A stretch of 64,000 nt of DNA from Azolla caroliniana (Eukaryota > Plantae > Polypodiophyta), in the NCBI GenBank assembly GCA_043228905.1, contig JBHGNT010000005.1, positions 6,510,001 through 6,574,000 on the forward strand. Reading direction: 5' to 3'. The position numbers and the translations under genes were made by a program. This document shows positions 24,064 to 36,000 of the stretch, piece by piece. Numbering within the stretch: position 1 is the stretch's first letter; each line of letters opens with the position of its first letter. Below the pieces are notes generated by a model. That model was not told where the DNA came from. It made no database searches and saw nothing but the letters and a program-made list of their open reading frames with translations.

Positions 24064-24866
24064 ACCATCTTCCGTTCGGCTTCCATCACGATCTTTGCCA
24101 TCATCTCCTCGAAGTTGAAGTCTTCTTCCATCTCCATGCTCCCTTGTCGCCCTTCACGTCGGGTTCACCAAATATGTCGCGTTGTTACGCGCGTGCATGT
24201 AGAAGGGGCGGGACCACAGGGGGTCTCGGACTAGGGAGTAGAGGAGAAAGAATAAGATATGATATGGAAACTTAGCTCAAGAGGAGAAGAGGAAAGAATA
24301 TGACCATGACATAGAAGGAGAGATCAGCGGAGGCAAGATACTCAACAAGTTATATTAAAACAAACGAATGATTACACCAAACGACTATGAGAAAACCCTA
24401 ACCGAGGATGAAAAAGGAAACCCTAACCCTAAAACGGTAAGAACTCTAGACAAAGTGGTATACCTCTCATACGCAAAATAGGCAACCCCTCAAAAGGGAC
24501 CCCTCACTCCCTTTTATAGTGGTAAGGGGTGAGGCACAATACAATAGGAGTGGTCAATTCCCCTTTCATTCAAAGGAGAATATTTTCCCCGATCTCGAGA
24601 TTGATGGGCCTTAACTTTCTCTCCTCTAGCCGTCCTACTCAATGACCATCACTCTTACACTCAGTCTCTATGTACCTCCCTCTAGTCCACAAAGTGCACA
24701 TCACATTTACACTTAACAACTTTGTAGAGCACCTTAACTCCTTACACTTTACATTTGCTTATTTGTCCCTATGTTACAATTTCCCTAAGTTCATGTGCAA
24801 TGTTGCACATCTCCGTTTTCTCTATCCCGCTCGGTTTTCTCACCATGGATGAAAAACGTCACGACA
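24064..24866 (-). mobile_element. 5' end of B-family gypsy I: LTR 24175-24866, tRNA-Trp PBS 24153-24170, first codons of gag
   Basis: TGTCGCGTTG...GTCACGACA termini, a PBS identical to that of B, and an LTR end similar to the reverse complement of 62652-63177. Confidence 0.85.
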
Positions 24867-24945
24867 TCTTCTTCCCATCTACTCCCTAGTCCGAGGCCCC
24901 CATGGTCCCGCCTTATTCTACACGCACACGCGGAAATACACGACA
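24867..24945 (+). repeat. Terminal ~80 bp of an oppositely oriented B-family LTR (J)
   Basis: CTACTCCCTAGTCCGAGGCCCCCATGGTCCCGCC...CACGACA matches the 3' end of the M and D LTRs. Confidence 0.75.
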
Positions 24946-26069
24946 ACACATGTCCACCCAATGATTCGCAACCCTAACTTATCATCTTCACAAAAGGAGG
25001 ACAAAAGCTATTTCTCTACACATCGCAGAAAACATTCCCAAACTCTTCGCTCCCCTTGCTCTCCTTGCTTTCCACACTCACCTCGCCATCACAAAAGAAT
25101 AAGATAACTAAGACCCCATAAGTCCCTATTAGCAAATTCTAGGCAAATGCATTGTTTATCAGTATCTTTTCTTACACGAGCTCTTAATATTAAATGCTAA
25201 CATGATTGAATAAGGGTTCAAGTTAATGGCACCAAGATCAGTCCAACACAAAGAGAAAAAGGTGGTTAAAGGTTGGCACTTTACCAACTTTCGCTATATG
25301 ATAGATAAAATTTATTATAATTCAAGATTTGTTTTTGTCTTTTTTTGGGTAGGTTGATTAGATGTCCTAAAAATCATAGCCAATCAATTTCTAAGTCATG
25401 AACATGTGGATTAATTGGCATGGAGCTAGGTCAAACTCATTATAACACACCATCAACTTCTACACGAACATGTGCTTGTTATCTTAGAATCTAATGTGAT
25501 ATTTACATGAACCATGATGTGATGTCTAGGACATGGTGGAATGTTCATTAAAAAGAGGCTAAATGAACTTGAGAAGCCATATCTCCCTGAAATAGAGACC
25601 CATTGGAAATAACTATACATGTCTCTGTTATGTCAATGATATAATGGTATAGGAATAATTAATACATCATTGTTTAATAATGTAGTGATCAACATGAGAC
25701 ACACAAAAAGTTCATCATCAACGATGTACAAAGAGACTTTGGGACAAATGATATCATTCTTCAAAGAGATCTTGGCCTCTTGTGGCACAATTGAGATCTT
25801 GCAAGGTACAATTCCTCTTCTCTCTCATTGTATGTTGCTTCCATGATAGTAAGTTTCTTTTTTCTTTTTTCTTTTCCAAAACAATATTCTTCATTAGTAT
25901 AAATTCTACATACATGAGAAAATGATTAGTCTGACAACATCATAAAAGTTGTGGCCATGATAGTCCAATAAAAAACTCAAAGACTCAAAGTAGAAGACTA
26001 CAAAGAACGGTGGACACACATACATGACTCTTTTTCCCATCTCATGTGATCATTGGCTAAGACCCAATG

Positions 26070-26600
26070 TTCATCCATCTTCTTCCATTCTCGCATGCCG
26101 ATCAGCATATAAATAAACGCTCATCACCATGGCTTCACAATATATTTGACCTTTATCTACCATGGTTGTATGACTACAAGCATTTCCAACTGGCTTTGCT
26201 CAAACTCCATTTCTTCTCATCTGGTCAAATATAGAGACAACATTTTCAATTCCTCCAACTTGGCCATATCCTACAAATGTGACAGAATTAGAAGAGAGAT
26301 TCTCTCCTTTTGCATCAGTTCAAAAGCATTTAGAGTCTGCTTATGAAGCTCCTAGTGCACATAACCTGTAAACAATGTATTCCATGTCAGTGTATCACTT
26401 ATAGGAATTTTGTCAAACACCGCCTTTTGCTCATGCCACATTTCCAACACTTTTCACATCATATCTACTAGTGCATTTCCAACAAGTTGGCTTTTTCAGA
26501 AAAGCTCTTTCCTCTCAGCATTGAAATGTATCTCCTCGCCCTTGTTTGTGGATCTAATGCACCCACAAGCTTTCAAAATGCATCCATGGACAATGCAGAA
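26070..26600 (-). pseudogene. PLS-class pentatricopeptide repeat (PPR) gene fragment
   Basis: The minus strand gives CILKACGCIRSTNKGEEIH..ERKELF*KSQLVGNALVDM, AFELMQKERIS..NSVTFV, SIFDQMRRNGV and NACSHTTMVDKGQIYCEAM, with deletions and stops. Confidence 0.8.
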
Positions 26601-26673
26601 AACTCTGATATTCACATCCATGGACAAATCGGCTCTTTTGATTATTATAAGGGACGAAAAGTGGTGTTTGTGA

Positions 26674-26901
26674 TGGTTGTTTGTGATGTCTCGATAGTTC
26701 TCTAATGTATCGCAATGCATTCTCACTTTGTATATAGCCAAGTTCAGCATCTGTTGGAGTACCCATCAACTCTGTGATTGAGTTGAACTGATGTACACAA
26801 TCTTTGCCAGGAAAAAGGGGTGCAACCAACCAAATGTCCACAGTTGCACTGTAAGCTCTCGCATTCAAAAGCAATTTTGGTTATCTGTACCATCTTATTA
26901 C
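26674..26901 (-). pseudogene. MAP kinase (MPK3/4/6-type) fragment, subdomains VIII-X
   Basis: VIRWYR*PKLLLNARAYSATVDIWLV..PLFPGKDCVHQFNSITELMGTPTDAELGYIQSENALRYIREL, versus consensus VTRWYRAPELLLN..YT.AIDVWSVGCI..PLFPG.D.VHQL.L..ELIG.P. Confidence 0.88.
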
Positions 26902-27569
26902 CTGAAAAGAAAAATTGCATTGTTTTCACCTTAAAACACCCCTTTCCCACCTTTCTACCATTACTATATTTCTCGTTGGAAATTTGTAATGCAAAGTTTT
27001 GAAATTTAAAACTAAATGCAACTTACCTTACTTAATTTGTATAATACCTTACACTTTCAAATACATTGATAAATATGTCAATGCCTTTGTTGTTATTTAA
27101 GTTTTCTCACTTAGTAATTGTAAAATGGATTTGTAAATCTATGTTCTCAAGTTCTAGTTCATCCTCGCTTTTGTCAGTCATTCTTTGTGTTAAATTCATC
27201 ATCTTTGTTCTATTCACTATCCTCTTATTCTTCATTCAACGTGACAACTACATCCATGACACGTTCATAAGTGTTGTCAATATTGAGGGGTTGATGTGAT
27301 TGAACTTGAGCAAAACATCATTTTTTTCCACGGCTTGATGCGTAGATTGTGAAACCATGGTGTCTCTAACCTATTAAGATTCTTGTAGAAGAAGGTTTGT
27401 TTACAATAGAGTCACAAAATGCAGAGCTCAACTGCTTGTAGAAGATTTATAAATTCCATTTACAAAAAATCCAAGTCTTTTTACTTTGCTCCAAAGCAAA
27501 TAACTATATATACAATTTTACATACATATGTAGACATTCATTCGATCAACCACATATGTACATTCATTT

Positions 27570-27589
27570 ATACATACATACATACATAC

Positions 27590-27622
<33 letters not shown>

Positions 27623-27623
27623 C

Positions 27624-27693
<70 letters not shown>

Positions 27694-27713
27694 GTATATA
27701 TATATATATATGT
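27570..27713. repeat. (TA)n microsatellite with TACA/TATG interruptions
   Basis: Directly visible. Confidence 0.97.
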
Positions 27714-27800
27714 ATGTTCATTCATTCACACTTATTCACATTCATTTAATGTACAAATAAATTATTGATTGTATGTGTTTGTACATACAATTGTATGTAT

Positions 27801-28242
27801 ACAATCGGCATCGGTTCGGTTCGGTTTGAGAGGGTCCAAAACGAACCGGTTTGGAACCGAACTGTTTAAATTTTTTGAAACCTAAACCGAACCGAACCGA
27901 ACCGTAAAAACCGTGGTTTCATGGTTCGGTTTTGGTTTTCAACATAGGTCAAATTTTTAATTTTTAATTTTTAATTTTTTTAAATTTATAATATTTCATT
28001 ATTTAACATTTTTAAAATTTTTAAGATGTTCCTAAAATGTGAGAATAAGGTGTAAAAATGAAAAGATTGTTTAAAAACAATTTTAAAAAAAGTTTAGAAT
28101 TTTTTTAAAAAACATTTTAAAAATTAAAAATTAAAAACCGTTTAAACCACAGTTTTTTACTATTGAAACCAAACCGAAACCGAACCGTTGAAACCGTTAA
28201 ACCGCGGTTTGGTTCGGTTTGAACCAAACCGTTGCCGATTGT
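27801..28242. mobile_element. MITE-like non-autonomous DNA transposon
   Basis: ~22-bp imperfect TIRs (ACAATCGGCATCGGTTCGGTTC / GAACCAAACCGTTGCCGATTGT), many subterminal AACCG repeats and an AT-rich core; TSD uncertain (possibly TAT). Confidence 0.75.
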
Positions 28243-28860
28243 TATTTGTACACATGCATACACTTATACAACTTCAAAAATTCTTAGTACTTACACACAC
28301 ATGTTTCATTCATCCATACACATCCATACATTTTCTCATACATATACATACAATCATAGAAACATAGAAACATACATGCGTAAAATCATACGCATACATA
28401 CATACACAAACAATCATTAATTCATACACATACCTACCATCATTCATTCACAAACATGCACGAATGCATGCATACATTCATTCAAATTTCATATACACAC
28501 ATGAACAACATGCGTGCGCAGATGTCTTAGAAACATCACAATTCAAAGCTGATGATACTCGATTCACTTTTTTTGGTAGCAATGAACGAAGAGATAGTTC
28601 TAGTGATACTAGATTATGGGAGCACGAGTTAGTGTAATAAGTTATAATTGTTGGTAGTTCAACAAATATCAAACTTAAGATGCCCAATGTGTCTATGGAA
28701 ATTCTTGAAAGGATGACTACTTACCACTCTTTCAAAATACATGGCATAGAATGCTTGCTCACATTTATAGTCACATGTTTGGCAAATCTATTTCCTATAC
28801 ATTTGAAAAGGTAATACAACTTGTGTTTAGCGTTAGGATTTCGGTCCCTCCGGATGGGAT

Positions 28861-29053
28861 ACGAGTACCCAGCAAAGAAGACCCGGTGAGAACCGGATAA
28901 CGAGTACCCGACAAGGAAGACCCGGTGAGAACCGGATATGAGTACCCAGCAAGGAAGACCCGGTGAGAACCAGATGACGAGTACCCGACAAGGAAGACCC
29001 GATGAGAACCGGATACAAGTACCCGGCAAGGAAGATCCAGTGACAAGCGGATG
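28861..29053 (+). repeat. Tandem array of five 38/39-bp units
   Basis: Consensus ACGAGTACCCRRCAAGGAAGACCCGGTGAGAACCGGAT; units start at 28861, 28900, 28938, 28977 and 29015. Confidence 0.93.
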
Positions 29054-29601
29054 ATGTAGGCCCAGTGAGAACCTCTCACCAGATGAAGGGACATATATGT
29101 AAATATGTTCCAAAGAGCCCATTGGGGCTATATTTGTAAATAGCCCGAAAGTCATATTAGTATAAATATGACCTAGGGCAAACTCTTTGTGTGTTGTTGT
29201 CATTATTTTGTATAGTGTTATTGGCGTAACTGTTGTACAGAGTGTAGCAGAGAGAGAGAGAGAGAGAGAAAGAAAGAGTGATACAAAGCGTGTCTCTGTT
29301 GTAACCGCTGTTAGGCGAAGATCAAGAGCACGGGGTCGTTGCCTCTGTGCTCTTCCTGTTGTATTCTTCTTACATAGTGATAGTTTGGAGCCTGTGGGCT
29401 CTCGTGGTTTTTCCCTCTCAAGGTTTTCCACGTTAACATATTGTGTACTTTCTCTCATATCATCTATGTGTACGTGTATTCACCTCTATTCCCATTCTTG
29501 GTGTTCGATTCGAAATGACACGATCTGAAACTCGGTTGTGGCCGAGTAATATTCCGCATATTCTTGTCAATCTGGTATCAGAGCGAAACAACACAAAAAA
29601 A

Positions 29602-32600
29602 ATGGAAGATTCGTTGGGAGGCATGTTCAAGCTCACTGGCTCCAACTACTCAATGTGGAAGTCGAAGATGAGGGACATGCTCTTGGTTAAAGATCTTCGG
29701 TTGCCGGTTCAGTTCGGGGACAAGAGACCGAACAAGATCAATGCCACGATATGGGAAGTGAAGACAATGGCGTACATACGGTGCTTCATCGACATGAGCC
29801 TGTACAACAACTTCAATGAGGAGAGTAAGGCTCATGAGCTCTAGGAGAAGATCGACATTATGTTTCAAAACAAAAATGTTGTGAATCGGGTTTCGGTATT
29901 CCGAAAGCTAGTGCGGCTCCAGTACCAAGATGGCTCCAGCATGGCGGAGCACATGAATGCCTTCCAAGGGTTGATTCACCAGGCAACAGCGTTGGAAGTA
30001 CCTCTCATCGATGAGGTACTAGCATTGCTCCTGCTCGATTCCCTCCTAGATAGCTGGGAGACGTTAGTTGTCACTTTGGGCAACGCCAGGCCGGAAGGAA
30101 AACAGTTGTCCCTAGTAAGGGTCAAGTCGAGCTTGCTAGATGAGGAGGCGCGTCGGAAAGACAAGGATACGAGCTTCGACTCCAATGCGCTCCTTACTGA
30201 ATCGGAACGCGGAAGACAAAGGAACCGGGGTCCCAGAACCAAGAAAAGTCGGGGACACGGTCAAAGTCAAGGGAAATGCCCACTTGCTTCTACTGTGGGA
30301 AGTCAAGGCACTTCCAGAAGAACTGTCGGCATTTCCGAAAAGACAAGGAGACCGATAGTACCGATTCAAAGCGGTCACCAGACCGAAACGGTAAAGACCA
30401 GAGGGTGTCGAACCAGAAGGGAACGACGATAATCGTGGCAAGTGAAGAAGAGTTGATGCTCATCACTGAGGAGAGTGAGTTGAACCTTGCCGACGACGAG
30501 ACAACGTGGGTTGTCGATTCCGGAGCGTCGTTCCACCTTACCCCGGACCGGAAAAGCTTCTCAACCTACACAGCCAATGATCATGGTTGTGTCCAGATGG
30601 GGAATGAAGGTACATGCCGAATTGTCGGCATAGGAGACCTGTGGTTGACAACACCAACTGGATGCAAGTTGCTGCTAAAGGATGTCCGACACGTTCCGGA
30701 GGTTCGACTGAACCTGATATCAGCCAGTCGGCTAGATGATGAAGGCTACACAGGTAGCATCCGAAACGGTGTCATGAAATTCAGCAAAGGGAGCCTGATC
30801 GTGGCTCGGGCCCAGAAATTCAACACGTTGTACCTGATGAATGCCCGATTAAGCCCGGAAGAAGTGAACGTGACATCCGACACTGCCGGTGAGCTATGGC
30901 ACAAGAGATTGTGTCACATGAGCGAGAAGGGGATGAAGGGGCTTGCCGATGACAACCTCATTCCGGTGAGAACGTGCACCTTGAGAGATGCACCAACTGC
31001 TTGGCCGGTAAGCAAAATCGGACCTCCTTCCGATCAAGGCCACCGATGAGACGTAATGCACCATCGGAGTTGGTGCATACCGATGTGTGTCAAGTGGACA
31101 CGAAGTCACATGCCGGAGCGCAGTACTTCGTGACGTTCATAGATGACCACAGCCGGAGGCTGTGGGCCACACCATTGAAGATGAAGGATCAGGAGTTATC
31201 CATTTTCAAGGAGCTCCACACGAGAGTGGAAAGAGAAACCGGCCGGAAGCTGAAGGCAGTTCAAGCCGATAACGGAGGAGAATACCGGGGGCAGTTTGAG
31301 GAGTATTGCCGCTCGAAGGGAATCTGGCTCGAATTTACCGTGCCAGACCATAATGGAGAGGGTCCGGAGTATGCTAGCACATGCTAACCTACCCAAGACG
31401 TTTTGGGCTGAGGCGATGTCGACAACAACGTATGTGATAAACAGATCACCCTCAGTACCCTTGGATGGAGACACGCCGCAGAAAGTGTGGATTGGTAAGG
31501 AAGTGTGCTACCGGCATCGGAAAGTGTTCGGGTACCTCGCGTACGTGCATGTTGCTAAGGACCGGAGAGGAAAGTTGGATCCAAAGACCCGTCCATGCAT
31601 ATTCCTCGGATACGGCGATGATGAGTTCAGCTCCCGAGTGTGGGATCCGGTCGACAAGAAGGTTTTCCAGAGTCGAGATATTATCTTCATGGAGGACAAG
31701 ACCCTTGCCGACTGGGAGTCGGAGAAGAAGATAATGAACTCCAAGTCGACCGGTAAGAATCGGACCAATGAGATTCGAACCTACCCGGCTAAGAGCCAAT
31801 TGACACTCGAAGAATTGGCCGGTTATGGTGAGGATACCGAACCGGCAGAAGAAGGAGACGAAGCTGAAATCGGAACCGGCCAAGACCCCGAATCGGATTC
31901 GGATGAAGACAAATAGAGGAAAACCAAAGGCAGAGATATCCTCTCGGGGAAAGAAGAGCCCCCTGGAGATTTCTGGATGCAGAGCATGTGTTGCTGACCA
32001 ATGAGGGGGAGCCGGAAAGCTTCGAAGAAGCGAAGAATGACACCCATAGCCGCAAGTGGTTGAGTGCCATGCAGGACAAAATGGATTCCCTACATGAGAA
32101 CCACACGTATGAATTGGTGGAGTTGCCAAAAGGGAAGAGGGCACTCCGGAACAAGTGGGTGTACAAGCTGAAACCGGGAGATGCCGGTAATTCCCCGAGA
32201 TACAGAGCCATGATTGTGGTGAAGGGGTTCCAGCAGAAGAAGGGCGTGGACTTTGACGAGATATTTTCCCCGGTAGTAAAGATGACTTCCATCCAGACGG
32301 TGTTGAGCATAGTGGCAAGGATGGACCTCGAGGTAGAGCAGTTAGACGTGAAGACGGCGTTCCTTCACGGCGACCTCGAAGAGGAGAACTACATGCAGCA
32401 ACCGGAGGGATTTGTGAAGAAAGGGAAGGAGCACCTGGTTTGCCAGTGGAAGAAGAGCCTCTACGGTTTGAACGGCAATGGTACCGGAAGTTCGACTCCT
32501 TCATGAAGGATCAAGGATACCACAAGACGCAGACCGATCACTGCGTATTTGTGAAGAAATTCGATGGAGGAGACTTCCTGATATTGCTCCTGTACGTTGA

Positions 32601-33038
32601 CAACATGTTGATCATTGGAGGAGACCAAGTCAAGATACAGATGCTGAAGAAGGCTCTAAACCGGACCTTCTCAATGAAAGACTTGGGTTCGGCAAGACAG
32701 ATATTGGGGATGCATGTCATTCGGGACCGGTCAAAGAAGCAATTGTGGTTGTCTCAGGAGAAGTACGTGACAAAGGTCCTTTAGCGGTTCAACATGTCAG
32801 ATGCGAAACCGGTCGAATCGACACTCCCGACAAACTGCAGGTTATCCGGTAAGCAAAGCCCGAAGTTGAAGGCAGAGAAGGCGGAAATGATGAAGATACC
32901 ATATGCCTCTGCCATCGGGAGCTTAATGTATGCAATGGTGTGTACCCGACCGGATATCAAATACGCAGTCGGAGTGGTGAGCCGGTTTATGAGCAACCCC
33001 GACAAGGAGCACTGGAATGCAGTAAAATGGATACTCCG
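29602..33038 (+). pseudogene. Copia H gag-pol (gag to RT) with stops and frameshifts
   Basis: MFKLTGSNYSMWKSKMRDML, CFYCGKSRHFQKNC, WVVDSGASFH, LWHKRLCHMSEKG, VHTDVC, QLDVKTAFLHGDL, LYVDNM. Confidence 0.93.
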
Positions 33039-36000
33039 TGTTACCGACTGGCAAGAAGGCTTAAGGAGGTCCAAATCAAAGTGTGAAAAGGAATAGTTTA
33101 TTCGGGAACTGTTGTAATGAGTAATCTTAATATATATAGTAATATATGAGAAGATGTGGACGAACGGACCGGAATCGGTATGCCGATCCGGATCCGGACC
33201 AATCCCGTAAAGGTGCCCGGTTGACATCGTTTTGTATTTTGCACCGGAGACCTATATAAAGGCCCGGTTATAATGTAATCAAAATCGGATAATTAATAGA
33301 GCTTATTGTCTTAATCTTCCAGTGTTGATTACCGTTCTGTATTCATTGTTATATCTTAGGCGTGTTAATTACGAATTGCTAAGTAACCAATTAAGGTCTA
33401 ATTAAACGTTGTGTCGTCAGTCATTCTGCCGTACCACCCTTTGGTGAAGTGTCTTAAGTGGACACCCTGTGTTAGGCTGTTGTCCGGCCCTAGGATTAAC
33501 ACAGTTTTTGGTGACCATGATTCTTGCACAATCGCAGTGAACAGCGGCAGGAATGGATGACTAGGCCAATAGACGACCCGGTTACGGAGAGAGCACGAAG
33601 ACTTGCTGAACGGAGAAGGCGGCGAGAGGCTTTCCAGCAAGCAACGGAAGAAATCCGAACGGATCGATCATTTTCCAAAGTGATCTGGAAAGTGGCGGAG
33701 GAGTCGCTCCGTCTGCAACAAAACGCCTACCCGGACGAAGGAAGCAGCTTAAGTAGCCTCCGGGAAGCGGAAACCCTTCTCCAGGCCTTGGCTGGAAGAG
33801 ATGGCGAATCTGAAGCATTTTCAGCGCTGGAATCGGATTCGGAAGGGGGTTATAGCGCGCACACGAATTATTGCAGCAATAACGACACCCCAGGAGGACC
33901 GGAGGACGAGGAGTCGGATACATTACTGACACCGGAACCAGAGTTGGCAGACCGGGAACCTCCGGCACTAGACATGGAGCAACCTCCGGAGACGGAAAAA
34001 GACCGGCAAAGACCTCTGACAACGGAAGTCAAGCCGGCAACACCATAGGAAGACCGGCAAAGACCTCTGACGCCAACGGAACAGTAGGAAAGACCGTTGA
34101 CACCACCAGCCCGGGTACCGACACCGGACGACGACATGTCGTTCCAGTACTCCAAGTATAGGTATGATCCGGACACGGAGGCTCATGTGCACGTGTTTTA
34201 ACAAACATGGGAGGCGAACCATGTGTCACAACGGTTAACCGCGGCAGAAGAGGAACGATCTAAGATAGCCGAATTCGGCGTGACATTGGAAGGACCGACC
34301 GCCATATGGCACCGGACGCAGGATCGCAGCACCATCACCACCTTTGCGGACCTGAAAGACAAATTCTTGCACTTCCTCCAGAAGGAGGTGGACCAGCGAG
34401 AAATGGTGGGCTTATTTTATAACATTCGGCAAGACCCCAGGGAGAGCATCCCGCAGTTTGTCATCTGGTTTCAACGGATGCACAGTCAGCTTACCCGCGC
34501 ACCTCCGGAGGAAGAAACGCAGGCTATATTTTTAGCCGCGCTCCGGGAACCTCTACGAACGGTATGCACGGTCATCGACTTTCGCACAAGCACCGTCGAC
34601 CAGGTCATCGACCGGGTTAGAGAAATGGAGAAAACGAGCTCTTGGCTAACAATGGGAGCCCTCTAACGAGCGTTACCAACCGATGAGGATCTCCGGTTCC
34701 GGCAAGCAATCCAATGCACGACCTGCTTGAATTCCGGACACTCATCACTGGAGTGCACCATGCGGACGCACTGCTTACTCTGCCAATCTATGAGCCACAC
34801 GATGGACCGGTGCGAATATAACTTATTGAATCGGCAAGCACCACCAGTCCGGCAAATTGAGCCACGTAGCAGCCGAGACGAAGAAGACAAACGCTGGCGG
34901 CGAGAGGAGCGATATCGACTGGCATAGGATGTTCGGTACGACAATCGGCGAGACAACTATGACCGGTACAAGAGACATGACAAGTACCGAGATTACAATG
35001 GACGGTACGAGCATCACAACCGGGATCACTCCCCCGGTTATCACCAACGACAGGAAGATTACGGGAGGTATGACGACCAACCCCGGCAAGGTTACCGCAA
35101 CAAAAAGAACTTTAATAAAAAACGGCATTTCAAAAACGAGAGCCACCCACGTGAACTAGAAAAAGGCGCCTCAAACAGCCAACTGGACCAAAACCCCGCG
35201 GTTACCACAGGCCCTCCACCGTGTAAAGGAAACAATGCTGAATCCAGCAATACCCGGAAAGCATATTGCTATTATTGCCAACAAGAAGGACATTACAGTA
35301 ATCAATGTCCGGCAAAGAGCTATGATAAGCGACCGACAGTAAACATGGTAGTCGCCGAAGTCGCAGACCTACAGCAGGTCACCACAAGGTCGAAGGGCAA
35401 GACAACGGAATGGGAGACACAAGAGGCCATCCGGAAACAAGCAACGGAATGGGTGAAAAAGGCAAATGAGCGAAACGTAGCAGAACTTGCGCAGCAAAAG
35501 GAGAACACCGAAGAGCTCGCCGACGACAATCAGTCCGAAAACGCGACATGGCAGGCATTGCAGGAATGCCAGATCACGCTACCATTAGGACGACTCTTGC
35601 AGATAGTACCAAGATTCACAGAAGGACTCAAGCCCGGCATGACGACAGGCGGCACACCACCGGCTCCGGCATTCTTCTCAAATTGGGAGGAGGGACCGGC
35701 GGTGGTGGACACCAACAGTCCGGCAATTACTGCCATTGTGAAAGGGAAAGAACTCCCCGACACGATAATAGACGGAGGCTCCGGCGTTAATGTAATAAGC
35801 CTCCGAACGTGCGATGCTCTTGGAATCCAAGAGTGGGAGCCATGTCCGTTCTGGCTCCGAATGGCGGACACAAGCTCGGTGCGACGGACAGGATTAATAC
35901 GGGACTTAGAAGTAACCATTGAGGGCCATACATTCCGAATATTAGTCGTAGTTCTCCAGTTGCAGGCTCAAGGAGCGTACCCATTATTGTCGGGACACCC

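Larger units (their letters stand above)
28831..33038 (+). mobile_element. Tork/Tnt1-like Ty1/copia element H, cut off by gypsy K (left LTR boundary approximate)
   Basis: LTR-like region ending near 29569, PBS TGGTATCAGAGC 29573-29584, then gag-pol. Confidence 0.88.

Noticed and set aside
27419-27768. YI-repeat ORFs
   Set aside because: Translation of a (TA)n microsatellite
28721-29458. 245-aa minus-strand ORF
   Set aside because: Runs across LTR, (GA)n and the tandem array, with no protein signal
31452-32504. 350-aa minus-strand ORF
   Set aside because: Antisense shadow of copia H pol
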